The position numbers and the translations under genes are program-made. Below are positions 51,631 through 64,000 of a stretch of 64,000 nt of DNA, piece after piece; position 1 is the stretch's first letter; every line of letters starts with the position of its first letter. The stretch is taken from positions 68,616,670 to 68,680,669 of the forward strand of contig NC_068986.1 of NCBI RefSeq assembly GCF_001194135.2, written 5' to 3'. Below the pieces are notes generated by a model that ran no database searches, was not told the origin of the DNA, and saw nothing but the letters and a program-made list of their open reading frames with translations. This DNA comes from Octopus bimaculoides (taxonomy: Eukaryota).

Positions 51631-51712
51631 ATGACCCAGCGAGCTATGCCTGCGGAGTGTAAGCTCCTGGTAGGGCCACCCATGCTGGAGAGGTCAAAGG
51701 ATTAAGACCAGG
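51631..51712 (+). mobile_element. Isolated RTE-like 5' UTR head
   Basis: atgacccagcgagctatgcctgcggagtgtaagctcctggtagggccacccatgctggagaggtcaaagg recalls the atgacc...gagctatg...cctggtaggg..ccc 5' motif of RTE/Expander elements (from memory). Confidence 0.5.
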
Positions 51713-51719
51713 TTAATAA

Positions 51720-52100
51720 AACTTGCTTCCTAACCACATGGTTCCAGGTTCAGTCCCACTGTGTGGCACCTTGGGCAAGTGTTTTCTACTATAGCTTCAG
51801 GCCAACAAAAGCTTTGTGAGTGGATCAGGTTGATGGAAACTGAAAGAAGCTCATCATATATAGATGTGTGTGTGTGGGCGTGTGTGTGTATGAGTGTGTG
51901 TCCACATCATTGCTTGACAACTGATGTTGGTATGTTTATGTCCCCATAACTTAGTGGTTCAGCAAAGGAGACCAATAGAATAAATATTAGGCTCACAAAG
52001 AATAAGTCTGGGGTTGATTTCTTCAACGAAAACCCTTTAAGGCAGTGCTCCAACATGGCCACAGTCAAATGACTGAAATGTGTAAAAGAATAAAAGAAGA
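51720..52100 (+). mobile_element. SINE family A
   Basis: ggttcagtcccactgtgtggcaccttgggcaagtg core and family 3' end. Confidence 0.88.
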
Positions 52101-52385
52101 ACCCTACCTAGAAAAAAAGCTGCAAAATTACAGAAGATACAACAACAACTTGACTTAGGAGAAGAAGGCCTTCCCTTGGGAAAACATGACACAGCATAGC
52201 AAAATCCAAAAGAAAGCTGCAAAACAAAAGCAAGAATCCAGGTGGAGAAAACAAAACAAAAAAAGACAGTCCAGAGTCAAGAACAGGATAAAAGTTGTAA
52301 ATAGTCTATAATCCATAGGGAGTGAATGACTTAAGACTGTAAGGAAAGATTATATTGTCTATAATTTTTGCATCTAACTCTAACA

Positions 52386-52910
52386 CAGTATTCTCAACAG
52401 GGGGTCCATGTCGTCTCTGAGGGTCCATATAAGATTGGGGGTGTCCATGCAACAGAATAGTAAATTGGGGATCCACAATAGTATTTGAAGAGCCCCTGAA
52501 GAAGTCTTGTTTTAGATGATTGGCCTTCGTGCCGGTGGCATGTAAAAGCACCCAATACACTCTTGGAGTGGTTGGTGTTAGGAAGGGCATCCAGCTGTAG
52601 AAACTCTGCCAAATCAGATTGGAGCCTGGTGTAGCCAGCTGGTTCACCAGTCCTCAGTCAAATCGTCCAACCCATGCTAGCATGGAAAGCGGACGTTAAA
52701 CGATGATGATGTATTTGTATGTATTGCAAGAAACAGCAAGGCTTCTTTCTCTAACATTTTACATAGTTCAACCTACACAAGTTAGTGTGTGAAAAACAAA
52801 ATAGGAATTTGAAAAACATATCTGTAAAGCAATGGGTGGGTGGGGTTAGTCCACCAGAATAAAATAGTAATCAAAGGTGCCCATAGGTAAAAAATAGTTG
52901 AGAACCTCTG
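52386..52910. mobile_element. hAT-type MITE containing an RTE insertion
   Basis: Ends CAGTATTCTCAAC / GTTGAGAACCTCTG; TSD CTCTAACA / TTCTAACA. Confidence 0.8.
52520..52710 (+). mobile_element. Young RTE 3' UTR with (TGA)n tail
   Basis: Reverse complement of the 3' end at 19928-20120. Confidence 0.92.
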
Positions 52911-53749
52911 TTCTAACATATAAACTCTGAAATTAACTATGATCTTGGAAAGCCCATTCTATGATGCATAGTTCATGTAAAACAGACATTACAGAAAGGA
53001 GATGTGATATTTCTGAAAGCTATATATACAGCACCATCTGGTATTGGATAGTAATAAAAGTCAGTAGTGATTTACTGTTTACTACCAACCTCTCCCTATC
53101 TCCTTCATAGCCACCTACAGCCAGCAACAGATGAACGCTGCATTGGAGGAAAAAAAAAAAAAAAAAAAAAAAAAAAGAAAACACAACCTTTTAACACTGA
53201 TTATTTTGTGCGACTGGAAATTTTCAAGTGAAGAGATTTTAAAAGTGAGTGAAAAATAAACAAGTCACATGCTGTACTGAACATTTGGAAATACAGATTG
53301 CTATATAATCTCAATTCTATATTCTGATTATCGCTTTCTGTTTACATTCTATTTACAAGATTACAATACACAGGGAAGCTTTGTAAATGAAGACGTTTCC
53401 ATAATGTTGTGTAAAATATTCTCTCATTTCTCTGACTGCTGTTGTAATGGCTTAACTGAGAAATTAGAATGAATACCAAAGTTGGCCAGATAGACTGAAG
53501 TTAGTAAGATAAGGACAAAATATAATCAACAGTAAACAAACCAGCACCAAGACACAATCACAACACAGGAACAACACAAGTTTTGGGCGCTGTTCTTCTT
53601 CCTTTTCTTTTTTCTTTTCTTTTTCTTTTAGTTAGTAAGCCATTGGACTACAGCCATACTGAAGGACCACTTTCAAAGGTTTAGTTGAACAAAATCAATC
53701 CCAGTACTTATCGTTTAAGTTTGGTACTTATTCTATGGGCATTATTTAC

Positions 53750-53896
53750 ACTTGACGAATATTTGTCCTCATCTTGTTTGTTGTTAACACAATGTTTCAG
53801 CTGATATACCCTCCAGCCTTCACCAGGTATTTTTCGATGTTATTATTATTAAGTCAATGCCTGGAATTGGACTCCGAGTTCGATTCCAAGCAGTGA

Positions 53897-53938
<42 letters not shown>

Positions 53939-54185
53939 CAATAATAATAATAATAACAATAACAATAATAACAATAATAATAACAATAATAACAACATCG
54001 AAAAACACCTTAGGAATGAGAACCCAAGTTCGAAATTTCTCCAAGACACCTGATGAAGGCTGGAGCGTATATCAGCCGAAACGTTGTGTTAACAACAAAC
54101 AAGATGAGGACAAATATCCGTCAAAAGAAAATAATGTACATAATGTACATAATTCCTCATCTCTTAAATATAGAACTGTATTATT
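53750..54185 (+). mobile_element. Penelope-like terminal repeat with an inverted partial copy and an internal (AAT)n/(AAC)n tract
   Basis: 53752-53828 is the reverse complement of 54047-54123; hammerhead motif inside. Confidence 0.75.
54045..54090 (+). ncRNA. Minimal type I hammerhead ribozyme motif
   Basis: GACAC-CUGAUGA-A-GGCUG(GAGCGUAUAU)CAGCC-GAA-ACGU-U-GUGUU; predicted cut after 54085. Confidence 0.8.
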
Positions 54186-55489
54186 TTATGGGCTTCTATG
54201 GTGGTTGGGGGCGGGTAAAAAACAACCAAGATTGGTTGTCAACCAGTGGTGGGCGGAGGCGGGGGAGACAAACACAAAAAACACACACACACACATCATT
54301 CAAAACTGTTTAATTCGGTTGTCCCCCATTTTATATTTTTAATTTCAGGCATGCATGTTGTTTTTGATGTTGTCAACTACACAGTATAGTACGGTCAGTT
54401 GGGTACCGTCTGTGAGAAAAACAGCACNNNNNNNNNNNNNNNNNNNNNNNNNNNNNNNNNNNNNNNNNNNNNNNNNNNNNNNNNNNNNNNNNNNNNNNNN
54501 NNNNNNNNNNNNNNNNNNNNNNNNNNNNNNNNNNNNNNNNNNNNNNNNNNNNNNNNNNNNNNNNNNNNNNNNNNNNNNNNNNNNNNNNNNNNNNNNNNNN
54601 NNNNNNNNNNNNNNNNNNNNNNNNNNNNNNNNNNNNNNNNNNNNNNNNNNNNNNNNNNNNNNNNNNNNNNNNNNNNNNNNNNNNNNNNNNNNNNNNNNNN
54701 NNNNNNNNNNNNNNNNNNNNNNNNNNNNNNNNNNNNNNNNNNNNNNNNNNNNNNNNNNNNNNNNNNNNNNNNNNNNNNNNNNNNNNNNNNNNNNNNNNNN
54801 NNNNNNNNNNNNNNNNNNNNNNNNNNNNNNNNNNNNNNNNNNNNNNNNNNNNNNNNNNNNNNNNNNNNNNNNNNNNNNNNNNNNNNNNNNNNNNNNNNNN
54901 NNNNNNNNNNNNNNNNNNNNNNNNNNNNNNNNNNNNNNNNNNNNNNNNNNNNNNNNNNNNNNNNNNNNNNNNNNNNNNNNNNNNNNNNNNNNNNNNNNNN
55001 NNNNNNNNNNNNNNNNNNNNNNNNNNNNNNNNNNNNNNNNNNNNNNNNNNNNNNNNNNNNNNNNNNNNNNNNNNNNNNNNNNNNNNNNNNNNNNNNNNNN
55101 NNNNNNNNNNNNNNNNNNNNNNNNNNNNNNNNNNNNNNNNNNNNNNNNNNNNNNNNNNNNNNNNNNNNNNNNNNNNNNNNNNNNNNNNNNNNNNNNNNNN
55201 NNNNNNNNNNNNNNNNNNNNNNNNNNNNNNNNNNNNNNNNNNNNNNNNNNNNTGTGTATGTGTACACACACACACACACACTTCTAAATCTACATGCTCA
55301 TGTGTTCAGCAGTTAATCAATTGTATTAACAATAATCACATAATGAAAATTATTCATAGTTATTCTTAGGATCTTAATTTGCCTTAAACTGAAAATCTAT
55401 TGCTTGTGGATTTGGTGTGAAATCCCTAATCCTGGCTGAATAACAATGCTATGTCAATTACAATGTTAAGCTAAAACTCTCATCATCAT

Positions 55490-55905
55490 CATCATTGCTT
55501 TAATGTCCTCTTTTCAATGCTTGCATGGGCCAGACAGAATGTGTTGCAGCTGAGATTTTACAGCTTTTCCTGTCAGCAGCTCTCACCTGTTTCCACATAA
55601 GGTAATATTTCATCATAGCTGCATGTGTTTTCATGGAAGATTGGAAATACAGGATGATGCCCACATGATGGTAGTGCCTGTTTACAACAATCACATAATG
55701 TCAAGACAAGGGGACACTAACTAACTCAGACACGTGTGTGTGTGTGTGTGAGAGAGAGACAGGCTTCCTTTGTTCCCATTTACTTGATTTGCTCACAAGG
55801 CTTTGGTCAGCCTGGAGCCATAAAAGACACTTGCCCACAGTTGGACTAAACCTAGAACCAAAGAGTGGGGAAGCAATCTTCTTACTACAGCACCATACCT
55901 GCACT
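55490..55905 (-). mobile_element. SINE with family-A head and RTE-derived tail
   Basis: Same architecture as 3878-4310, in reverse. Confidence 0.7.
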
Positions 55906-57485
55906 TAATTATGATAAAAATTAAAGCCAGCTTTCTGAATAGTTTTGTAGTCTTCAAATCAGTCAAGATTTTGTTATATATAAATAAGGTTTAAGTTTGA
56001 TGAATTCTCAAAGTCTTCCAGAGTTTACTTTATAACAGAAGTTTATCATTACATCAAATGATACTTCACATTCAAAAAGTACTAAGGTACTTGTGTAATT
56101 CTACTGATTATTTAGACAAAAAAATAAATAAATACATAAATAAATATATAAATAAATATATAAATAAATAAATAAACACATCTGCTTCATTTGAATTGTT
56201 GTTCAAAGCATACATTAACCAGGATTTCTATTCAGCTCTTTAAGTACTACTTGAAGACATTTGAACAGACTGATTGCATTAATCACATGAACATTCATAC
56301 AAATAGAATCACTATTGAAAAGAAACAACCACACAAACATAATCAATAATTCTGCTGTGTTAACTTCATGAACTCCTCCTTTAGTTTCTGTATTGTTAAA
56401 TCAGGCTGTCCAGCAATGAATATTTTTGATATTTTGCAAATGTTGTGTATATGAATCTTGTAGTATGCAGAAGATGTTGATGATGTGTAGAGCAGCACAT
56501 ATCAATAGTGCAAGTGTTGATTGAAATTGAAGTCTAAATTTATTGAAGTATTTCTGATGAGATGTGTTATCTTTTTATAAATACAGTTAAGTCTCATACA
56601 TATAATATTGTGAGCTGAAAAACTGGCCCATTGAGATTATGCAAACTATTTGCAGACAAAAATTCCCTACGATGTTTAAAATCTAAAACCACACAAGTGA
56701 TATAAAAACTCTATTAAGATTAGGTGATGAAAATTTTTTAGGCAATAGACATTGCAGATTAAAATGAATCTAGTTTTTAAAGCCAACAAGTGAAATCCAC
56801 ATAGATGTTTCAGTCTAATTAGTCCTCCTCTGTTGAGATTTGATAGGATGACTAAAACTAAATCCTCTCTAAGCATGAGAATGAGTTTCTTAAATAGACA
56901 TTCATCTCAGCACCAGACTTTGCTTTGGACATTTGAAGAGCATGTACCATTCAACACTGTTATATTTGAGTAAAGGAATGATTAAGGTATACTACTACGA
57001 ACACATGCATTATGAAATGATGTTTACAACATATATTACACTGTATTTCACACCAGAATACTTCTAGGAAAGGCAATATTCCCAGTCCTATTTCAGATGA
57101 AAATTAATCTCATTAGCTTAATCCTACTGAGTCATAAGCTAAAATCTAGCTTTATACACACCTATGGAGAAATTTTTTTAACAGTCATGTTGAAGCAATC
57201 AATTACCAGTTGTTAAAAAACAATTATTATTAATCATTCTCATGTTCTCTTATTATTTCACGATGAAACTCCTCTCCACATCAATATTCCTATGTTTACA
57301 ATCATCCAAACAGTTGGTTAATAAACATACTTAGTTTTCATTGTAGGTTTTGAAAATAATTTCTAAATATTTTCCACTGATTTTGAGTTATTTTTCATCA
57401 GTTTAGAGGTTGTGTCTTAAATCATAATTTCTTGTCCTTGTAATTGCTTCTTTTAATATTTTCTTATGCTAGCAGTCTTCCAGAT

Positions 57486-57875
57486 GTTGTTGGCACTCCG
57501 TCGCTTATGATGACGAGGGTTCCAGTTGATCCGATCAACAGAACAGCCTGCTTGTGAAATTAACGTGCAAATGGCTGAGCACTCCACAGACACATGTACC
57601 CTTAACGTAGTTCTCGGGGATATTTAGCGTGACACAGAGTGTGACAAGGCTGGCCCTTTGAACAGAAACAGGAAGTAAGAAACAGGAAGTAAGAGTGAGA
57701 GAAAGTTGTGGTGAAAGAGTACAGCAGGGTTCGCCACCATCCCCTGCCGGAGCCTCGTGGAACTTTAGGTGTTTTCGCTCAATAAACACTCACAACGCCT
57801 GGTCTGGGAATCAAAACCACGGTCCTATGACTGCGAGTCCGCTGTCCTAGCCACTGGGCCATTGCGCCTCCACGT
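57486..57875 (-). mobile_element. SINE family B, full-length, TSD TTCCAGAT
   Basis: TTCCAGAT at 57478-57485 and 57876-57883. Confidence 0.95.
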
Positions 57876-58203
57876 TTCCAGATAGTTGTGACCATATAAA
57901 CAGTACAAAGATCTGGTAACATTTTGTATGACAGGAAGAAATTTCTGATATGTAATAAAATGTCTCTTATTAGATTATCATTAAGGTAATGAGCAGGCAG
58001 AATCATTAGCATGCCAGACAATATGCTTAGCAGCATTTTTCCTAGCTCTTTATGTTTTGAGTTCAAATTCTGCTATGGTATACTCTGCCTCATCCTTTCA
58101 AAGTCAATAAACTAAGTACCCACTAAAATTGTTGGCTTTGTGCCAAATTTTGAAACCATTGTAACATTATCACTAAATTTCAATGATTATTTCCATTTTT
58201 TAA

Positions 58204-58335
58204 CCCTTTAGCATTCAGATTACTCTGTCAAATGTAATGCTTATCTATTCATATTGTTTTGAATTAATCATGCATTATCTTCTAGTTTTGATATTTTGAT
58301 GATGTGGTTGTTTATTTTTAGAATGACACCCCTAC
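58204..58335 (+). mobile_element. piggyBac-type MITE, truncated
   Basis: TTAA|CCCTTTAGCATTCAGATTACTCTGTC. Confidence 0.8.
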
Positions 58336-59206
58336 ACCATGAAAATAAAATATCACCAAGTGTTGTCACAGATGTACAAACAAAAAGTTGGGATGGTCAC
58401 AGCTGGGGTGTCTTTAATTATAGGGCTACTTTATCAGGGCTGATCTGGGACTAAATAACAAACTCTAGTAATATTGTCCAATTCTTTTAATCTGAAAACT
58501 TTGCAAAATTACAATTCTAAAGCTCATACACAACCCAACTTCACATAGAGCTATTTCATGTCTATATAGACTCAAATATTATAGAAAGCCTCATCATTAA
58601 TATCACTAAACCACACATTACTCTTTATATCCCAACATATTTTAAGACCACTACATTCAACTATTTCATCACTCACAGATAATATATGACAACTTCTACA
58701 CTGAAAAAACTCTCTACTCAACTCCTATGTTTGCTATCCATTTAGATGCAAAATGCTTAATATCCTACAAAACAATTCGAACTACTGGGTAGTAAACTAC
58801 CAGTATGCCACCAATCCTAGTAGTCAATTTTTCTTAGCTTATGAAGGTAGGTTGGATTTTGTGGGTGCAATTGCTCTTATAGTTGGGTGTTTTCTAAAAT
58901 TAACTAGTCAACCATGAAATGCAATTGTAAACTATTATTTATAGGTCAAGCAAGTTGGAGGAAGCAAAGTTACTCTGATGAATTTATGTGTCAGGAATTG
59001 ATGTTGGAATGTACTTGTAGTACAAATAGACTAAAGAAAACTTATAAAAACGTAGGTCAAACTTGATAACATTGGCTGCCATAGGAGAAATGATGCAGAA
59101 CTTAGAGAATTGCTGTATTGCAGACCTAACTCATGTATGGCAAATAGGAAGATGGCAAAAAAATTGTGAATTTTAAATTTATTACCTCTATTGGTTACAT
59201 GCTTAA

Positions 59207-59436
59207 CCCTTTTGGTACCAACTCACCTGAGATTGCCTAATAGAAGATTTTTCTATGATAGAAACTTCTAGTTTTAAACTAATTGAAATTAAAACCTGCC
59301 ATTAAAATTTCATGTTAATTTATGTTCCAAACACCAGCTTAATAACAACAAAGTTATTTTACTAAATTCTTCATTAATTTCAAAATTAATTGAAACCAAA
59401 GTAGTGTAATTCAACAGAAATATGGAAATGAAAAGC
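59207..59436. mobile_element. Second piggyBac-type MITE family
   Basis: TTAA|CCCTTTT at the left, degenerate GAAAAGC|TTAA at the right. Confidence 0.55.
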
Positions 59437-59968
59437 TTAAATCAACATCAATATCTATAATAATTAGCTGCTTAACAAGATGTAACAGACTCAGTTATAA
59501 AAGTTTGTTTAAAAGATTTAGTCGTCCTATGTACTGCGTACTAAATTTCTCATTTGCTTCTCTAATTTCTTCAGTTAATGCAAGAACCTCACTCCAAGAG
59601 CTTCATAATCTGTATCTTGTCTGTCTTATAAATGAACTACTTGTTAATTTTCACATCATCAAATTCTTATCTGAGATCTCATACATCCATGATGGAATTT
59701 TCTGCTCACACCTTTATAATAACCATCATCATCATCATCATCATCATCATCGAAAGCCCAGTTTTCATTGCTTGCATGGATCAGATGAAATTTTTTGAGG
59801 CAGATTTTCTGCAGCCAAATGCCCTTCCTGTTGCTAATCTTTACCCATTTCCAAGCAAGATAACATTTCCCTATGGCATGACATGTTTTTCACAGAAGAC
59901 TAGAAACAAACAACCTTGCCTGTATGACCAAGATACTTGATTACTAACACCATGTGATGTATAGACAA

Positions 59969-60026
<58 letters not shown>

Positions 60027-60029
60027 GGG

Positions 60030-60187
60030 CTTCTTTCATTTCTTGACTGGTACTTTATTATCAACTTTGGAAAATGAATGGACAAGTTGATCTCAGTGGC
60101 AAAACAAATACTACAAGGCATTTTGTCTGATACTTGAATAATTCTGCCAGTTCACTCACTGCCCTACTTTCCTCTATTATAATAATA

Positions 60188-60220
<33 letters not shown>

Positions 60221-61060
60221 TCAAATTTTTGCCACAAGGGCAACTTGGAGGAGATGGGGATGAGTCAATAACATCAACCCCAGTGTTCAAATGGTACTTA
60301 TTCTATTAACCCCAAAAGGATGAATGACAAAGTCAACCTCGGCAGAATTTGAACTCAGAACGTAGTGACAGACAAAATACAGCTAAGCATTTCGTCCAGC
60401 ATGCTAACAATTCCGTCAGCTCGCTTTCTACTACAAGGCACAAAGCCCGAAATTTTGGAGGAGGGCGCTAGTCAAAGACATCAACCCCAAAAAAATGAAG
60501 GGCAAAGTCAACCTTGGCAGAATTTGAACTCAAAACGAAGACAGACGAAATGTCAATAACCATTTTGCCTGGCATGCTGATGATTCTGCCAGCTCAAATA
60601 ATGATTATAATAATAATCCTTTCTACTAAAGACACAAGGCCTGAAATTTGTGGGGAAGGGACTAATCAATTACATCAACCCCCGTGCTTCACTGGTACTT
60701 AATTTATCAAGCCTGAAAGGACGAAAGGCAAAGTTAACCTCAACAGAACTTGAACTTAGAACATAAAGACAGACACAATACTGCCAAGCATTTTGCCTGG
60801 CATGCGAATGATTGTCAGTTCACCACCTTAATAATAATCCTTTCTGTTAAAGGCACAAGGTCTGAAATTTGGGAGGGAGGGGGACTAGTCAATTACATCA
60901 ACCCCAGTATTTCACTGGTACATAATTTATCAACTCCCCCAAAAGGATGAAAGGCAAAGTCGACCTCAGCAGAATTTGAACTCAGAATGTAAGGATGGGC
61001 AAAATGCTTAGCAGCATTTTGCCCAGCATGTTAACAATTCTGCCAGCTCGCTGCTATATA
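60030..61060 (-). mobile_element. Array of about five head-to-tail SINE family C copies
   Basis: Repeated aaagtcaacctcggcagaatttgaactcagaa...attctgccagctc units separated by (AAT)n. Confidence 0.85.
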
Positions 61061-61599
61061 ATGATAATAGTAATAATAATCTAAAATAGATCATTGCAAA
61101 GATATCACTGTAATTAAACATACCACCAGTAAAAAAGAAAAAGTCCTAACATTACAATTAGAATTAAATAAAATGTTGCAAATATTGATTGGGTGGAAGT
61201 ATTTTATTTTTTCTTTGGTCTTTTTATCAAAAGAAAAAAAATCAGATTCAGACAGTTTTTATAATAATGAGTTCAGCTCTTACTCTCAGAAAGACAGACA
61301 TGTATCAATAAAACAAAAAAGAGTGTCTAAATGCTTTAATATAAAGATGATATATAATGAATAGAAAACATTTCTTTTCATGCTGAATGAAGGAATACAT
61401 GAGTAATAATCATACAGAGTATATCAACTACTTAAAATCTGGATAGTTGGCTGCTCTTTCTGCTTTTGTATTTCTGAAAATTTAAATAAATCCAAACCCA
61501 TTATGCTTTACTCCAAAATCCTATTCATTGCAGAGGAATAGATTCTCTGTCACCATTCTGCATTTCAACTAAGAATGTCGCTCTCTTTGTACTGCAGGT

Positions 61600-62065
61600 C
61601 ATCATCACCATGTAATGTCCACTTTCTCATACTTGCATAGGTCAGATGGAATGTGTTGAAGCAGATTTTCTACAAGTGGATACCCTTCCAGTCACCAACC
61701 CTCACCTATTTCCAAGTAAGGTAATATTTCCTATGACCAAACATAGTTTTCCACAGAAGACTGGAAAAAAACAACCTTGCTTCCAGTCTTCTGATACTCA
61801 TTTACAACTATCACTCAAGAAGACCTGCCCACCACAACAGAATTGAGATCTTAAAACCAAGGTGCCACATAAAAAGGTGTGGGTGCTGGTGTCACATAAA
61901 AAGCACTGGCAATGGTGCCATGTAAAAAGCATCCAAAACATTCTGTAGAGTAGTTGGTGTTCGAATGGGCAAAACAGACAATGGAAATTGGTGCAGCCCC
62001 TGGCCTTACCAGTTCTGGTCAAGTCATCCAACCCATGCCAGCATAGAAAACAGATGTATGATGAT
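61600..62065. mobile_element. RTE-type 3' ends in opposite orientations
   Basis: 61600-61850 is a minus-oriented RTE-tailed SINE part; 61850-62065 is a plus-oriented RTE 3' UTR ending atgatgatg. Confidence 0.7.
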
Positions 62066-62114
62066 GTTGAAGTTGTTTGGACAAGGATATACATACATGC
62101 ATATATGCGCATGT

Positions 62115-62145
<31 letters not shown>

Positions 62146-62216
62146 CTCTTCTTTCAGTTTCCATCAATCTGTTCCACTCACAAGGCTTTGGTCAGCTTGG
62201 GGGCTATAGCAGAAGA

Positions 62217-62462
62217 AGGCGGTGAGCTGGCAGAAACGTTAGCACACCGGGCGAAATGCTTAGCGGTATTTCGTCTGCCGTTACGTTCTGAGTTCAAATT
62301 CCGCCGAGGTCGACTTTGCCTTTCATCCTTTCGGGGTCGATAGATTAAGTACCAGTTGCGCACTGGGTCGATGTAATTGACTTAATTCCTTTGTCTGTCC
62401 TTGTTTGTCCCCTCTATGTTTCGCCCATTGTGGGCAATAAAGAAATAAAGAAATAAGAAATA
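62217..62462 (+). mobile_element. Young SINE family C inserted into a family A copy
   Basis: Full CpG-rich copy; AGAAGA at 62211-62216 and 62463-62468; removing it restores ctatagcagaagacactcgtcc. Confidence 0.93.
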
Positions 62463-64000
62463 AGAAGACACTCGTCCAAGTTGCTGCACAGCAGGACTGA
62501 ACCCAAGATCACATGGTTAAAAAGCTTCTTCACCATTAGCTATGCCAACACAGTGAGATAAAAAATAAAGCTCTTATGGTTGTAGACAGCAACTTGTAAT
62601 AAAATATGTATCTGTATTATTTTACAAATTACTGAATACTGAATTACAAAATTTTCATTTCACTTCATGGGAAAATTTAAAAGCTAGCATTTAACTCTAG
62701 GACTCCTTTAAGGCCTAGTGCCTAGCTTCAGCTCACTGATATTAAACAGGTGAGACATAAATCTTCCCTTATGAAAAATAATGGTCTATCATAAGTTGTT
62801 GTTGTTATTTAGACTCAGGTCATCTATGATCAAGCTGTAACTATCCTGTCTGAGTGATTAAGGTGTAGAAATTACATCTGCTCCTCAACTAAGCAATTTT
62901 ATTTATTCATCTCAGTCAGCTTCATAACTGTCAAGGGTGTCTGATATTAGTGCACAAATCAAACTATGAGTGTTCGTAGTCTTACTGAATATAAATAGCC
63001 AAGATAATAGTATTACAAAAAACACAATTACATTGAGGAAGGCACGCTGCTCAATTATGAGATGTAACTAAGAATTTAGCTTTTGGAGGCACTAGACTCA
63101 ATGTAAAAATAGGAAGTGTAGGATAATTTCAAGCAGGTCAACAGGAAATCAACACTAAATGCAACCCATACACAGGAAGAGTTTGAATAGCTTTAAATAA
63201 ATGACTATAGTTTATTCTGATGCTTGTCAAAGGCAGTGATGTTGATGGAAATAGTAATAGTTATAATAAGAACAAATAGGTTGTAATATCTATGTGATGT
63301 AATTTAATAGGTGAACTAAGCAGTGCGATAGTGTCTATCATGTAGAGAGGATGGAAGAAGTTTAAGGAACTCTTGTTGTTTTTATTAATGATAAAAGGAT
63401 TATCATTCCAGCTGTGGAAACCAAGCCAAAACAGACTATGAAACCTGGTGTAGCCCCTGGCCTTGCCAGTTCCTGTCAAGCCTGGAAAATGGACATTGAT
63501 AATGACAAAGACTGAGATCATATGATGTATACGTCAGAAGTATATATCACATGATGCACAAGTCACAAGAATATAGATCATATGATAAGAGAGAAAGAAT
63601 GAAGGAAATTGATACCAGTATTTGACAAGCACTCTATCAACCCAGGAAGGTGGAAAGGCTAAAGTTGACCAAAGCAGGATTTGGACTAAAAATGCAGAGA
63701 ACCAGCTCTAACAACTCTGCAAATTCACGACCTAGATCATATGATGTGCATGTCAGAATTAGATAGAAACAACCTGAGTATTGGTTTCATTTAACCACCT
63801 CCTCTCCACTTCCTACCACACATACCAATTACTTTCCTTTTCACAGTGTTTCCTTAACAGAATTTTTAAAACTTCCACCTCTGGCCACATATCTCTTACA
63901 CCTACAGATGTTCAAACTGAGGACATATTAATGAAAGAAGGGACTAGATATTGGTTTCAAATTCTGGCACAAGGCCAGTAATTTTGGGGGGAGGGAATAA

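Noticed and set aside
53820-54049. Poly-Leu and poly-Ile ORFs resembling signal or membrane segments
   Set aside because: (AAT)n/(AAC)n microsatellite inside the Penelope-like repeat.

Overview
AT-rich, repeat-dense animal genomic DNA with six N gaps. The SINE families, RTE LINE 3' ends and microsatellites look like an Octopus (cephalopod) assembly; this is recognition from memory, not a database hit. No full-length gene, rRNA, intact tRNA or CRISPR array is supported. Most ORFs in the supplied track are artefacts of N runs, microsatellites, SINEs or antisense LINE frames. The window is mostly intronic or intergenic. It holds several tRNA-derived SINE families, young and old RTE-type LINE fragments, two Penelope-like terminal repeats carrying minimal hammerhead ribozyme motifs, piggyBac- and hAT-type MITEs, a decayed piggyBac transposase and a probable Helitron relic. 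Scattered splice-signal-bounded segments, mostly on the minus strand, suggest one or more long-intron host genes, but the protein cannot be named and all exon calls are tentative. Best leads: (1) two hammerhead motifs, one with a non-canonical CUGUUGA core and one facing a dead inverted copy; (2) minus-strand AG|GTAAGT sites resembling recursive splice sites; (3) a chain of frame-preserving microexon candidates; (4) an isolated structured RTE-like 5' head; (5) an RFX X-box plus CCAAT module.
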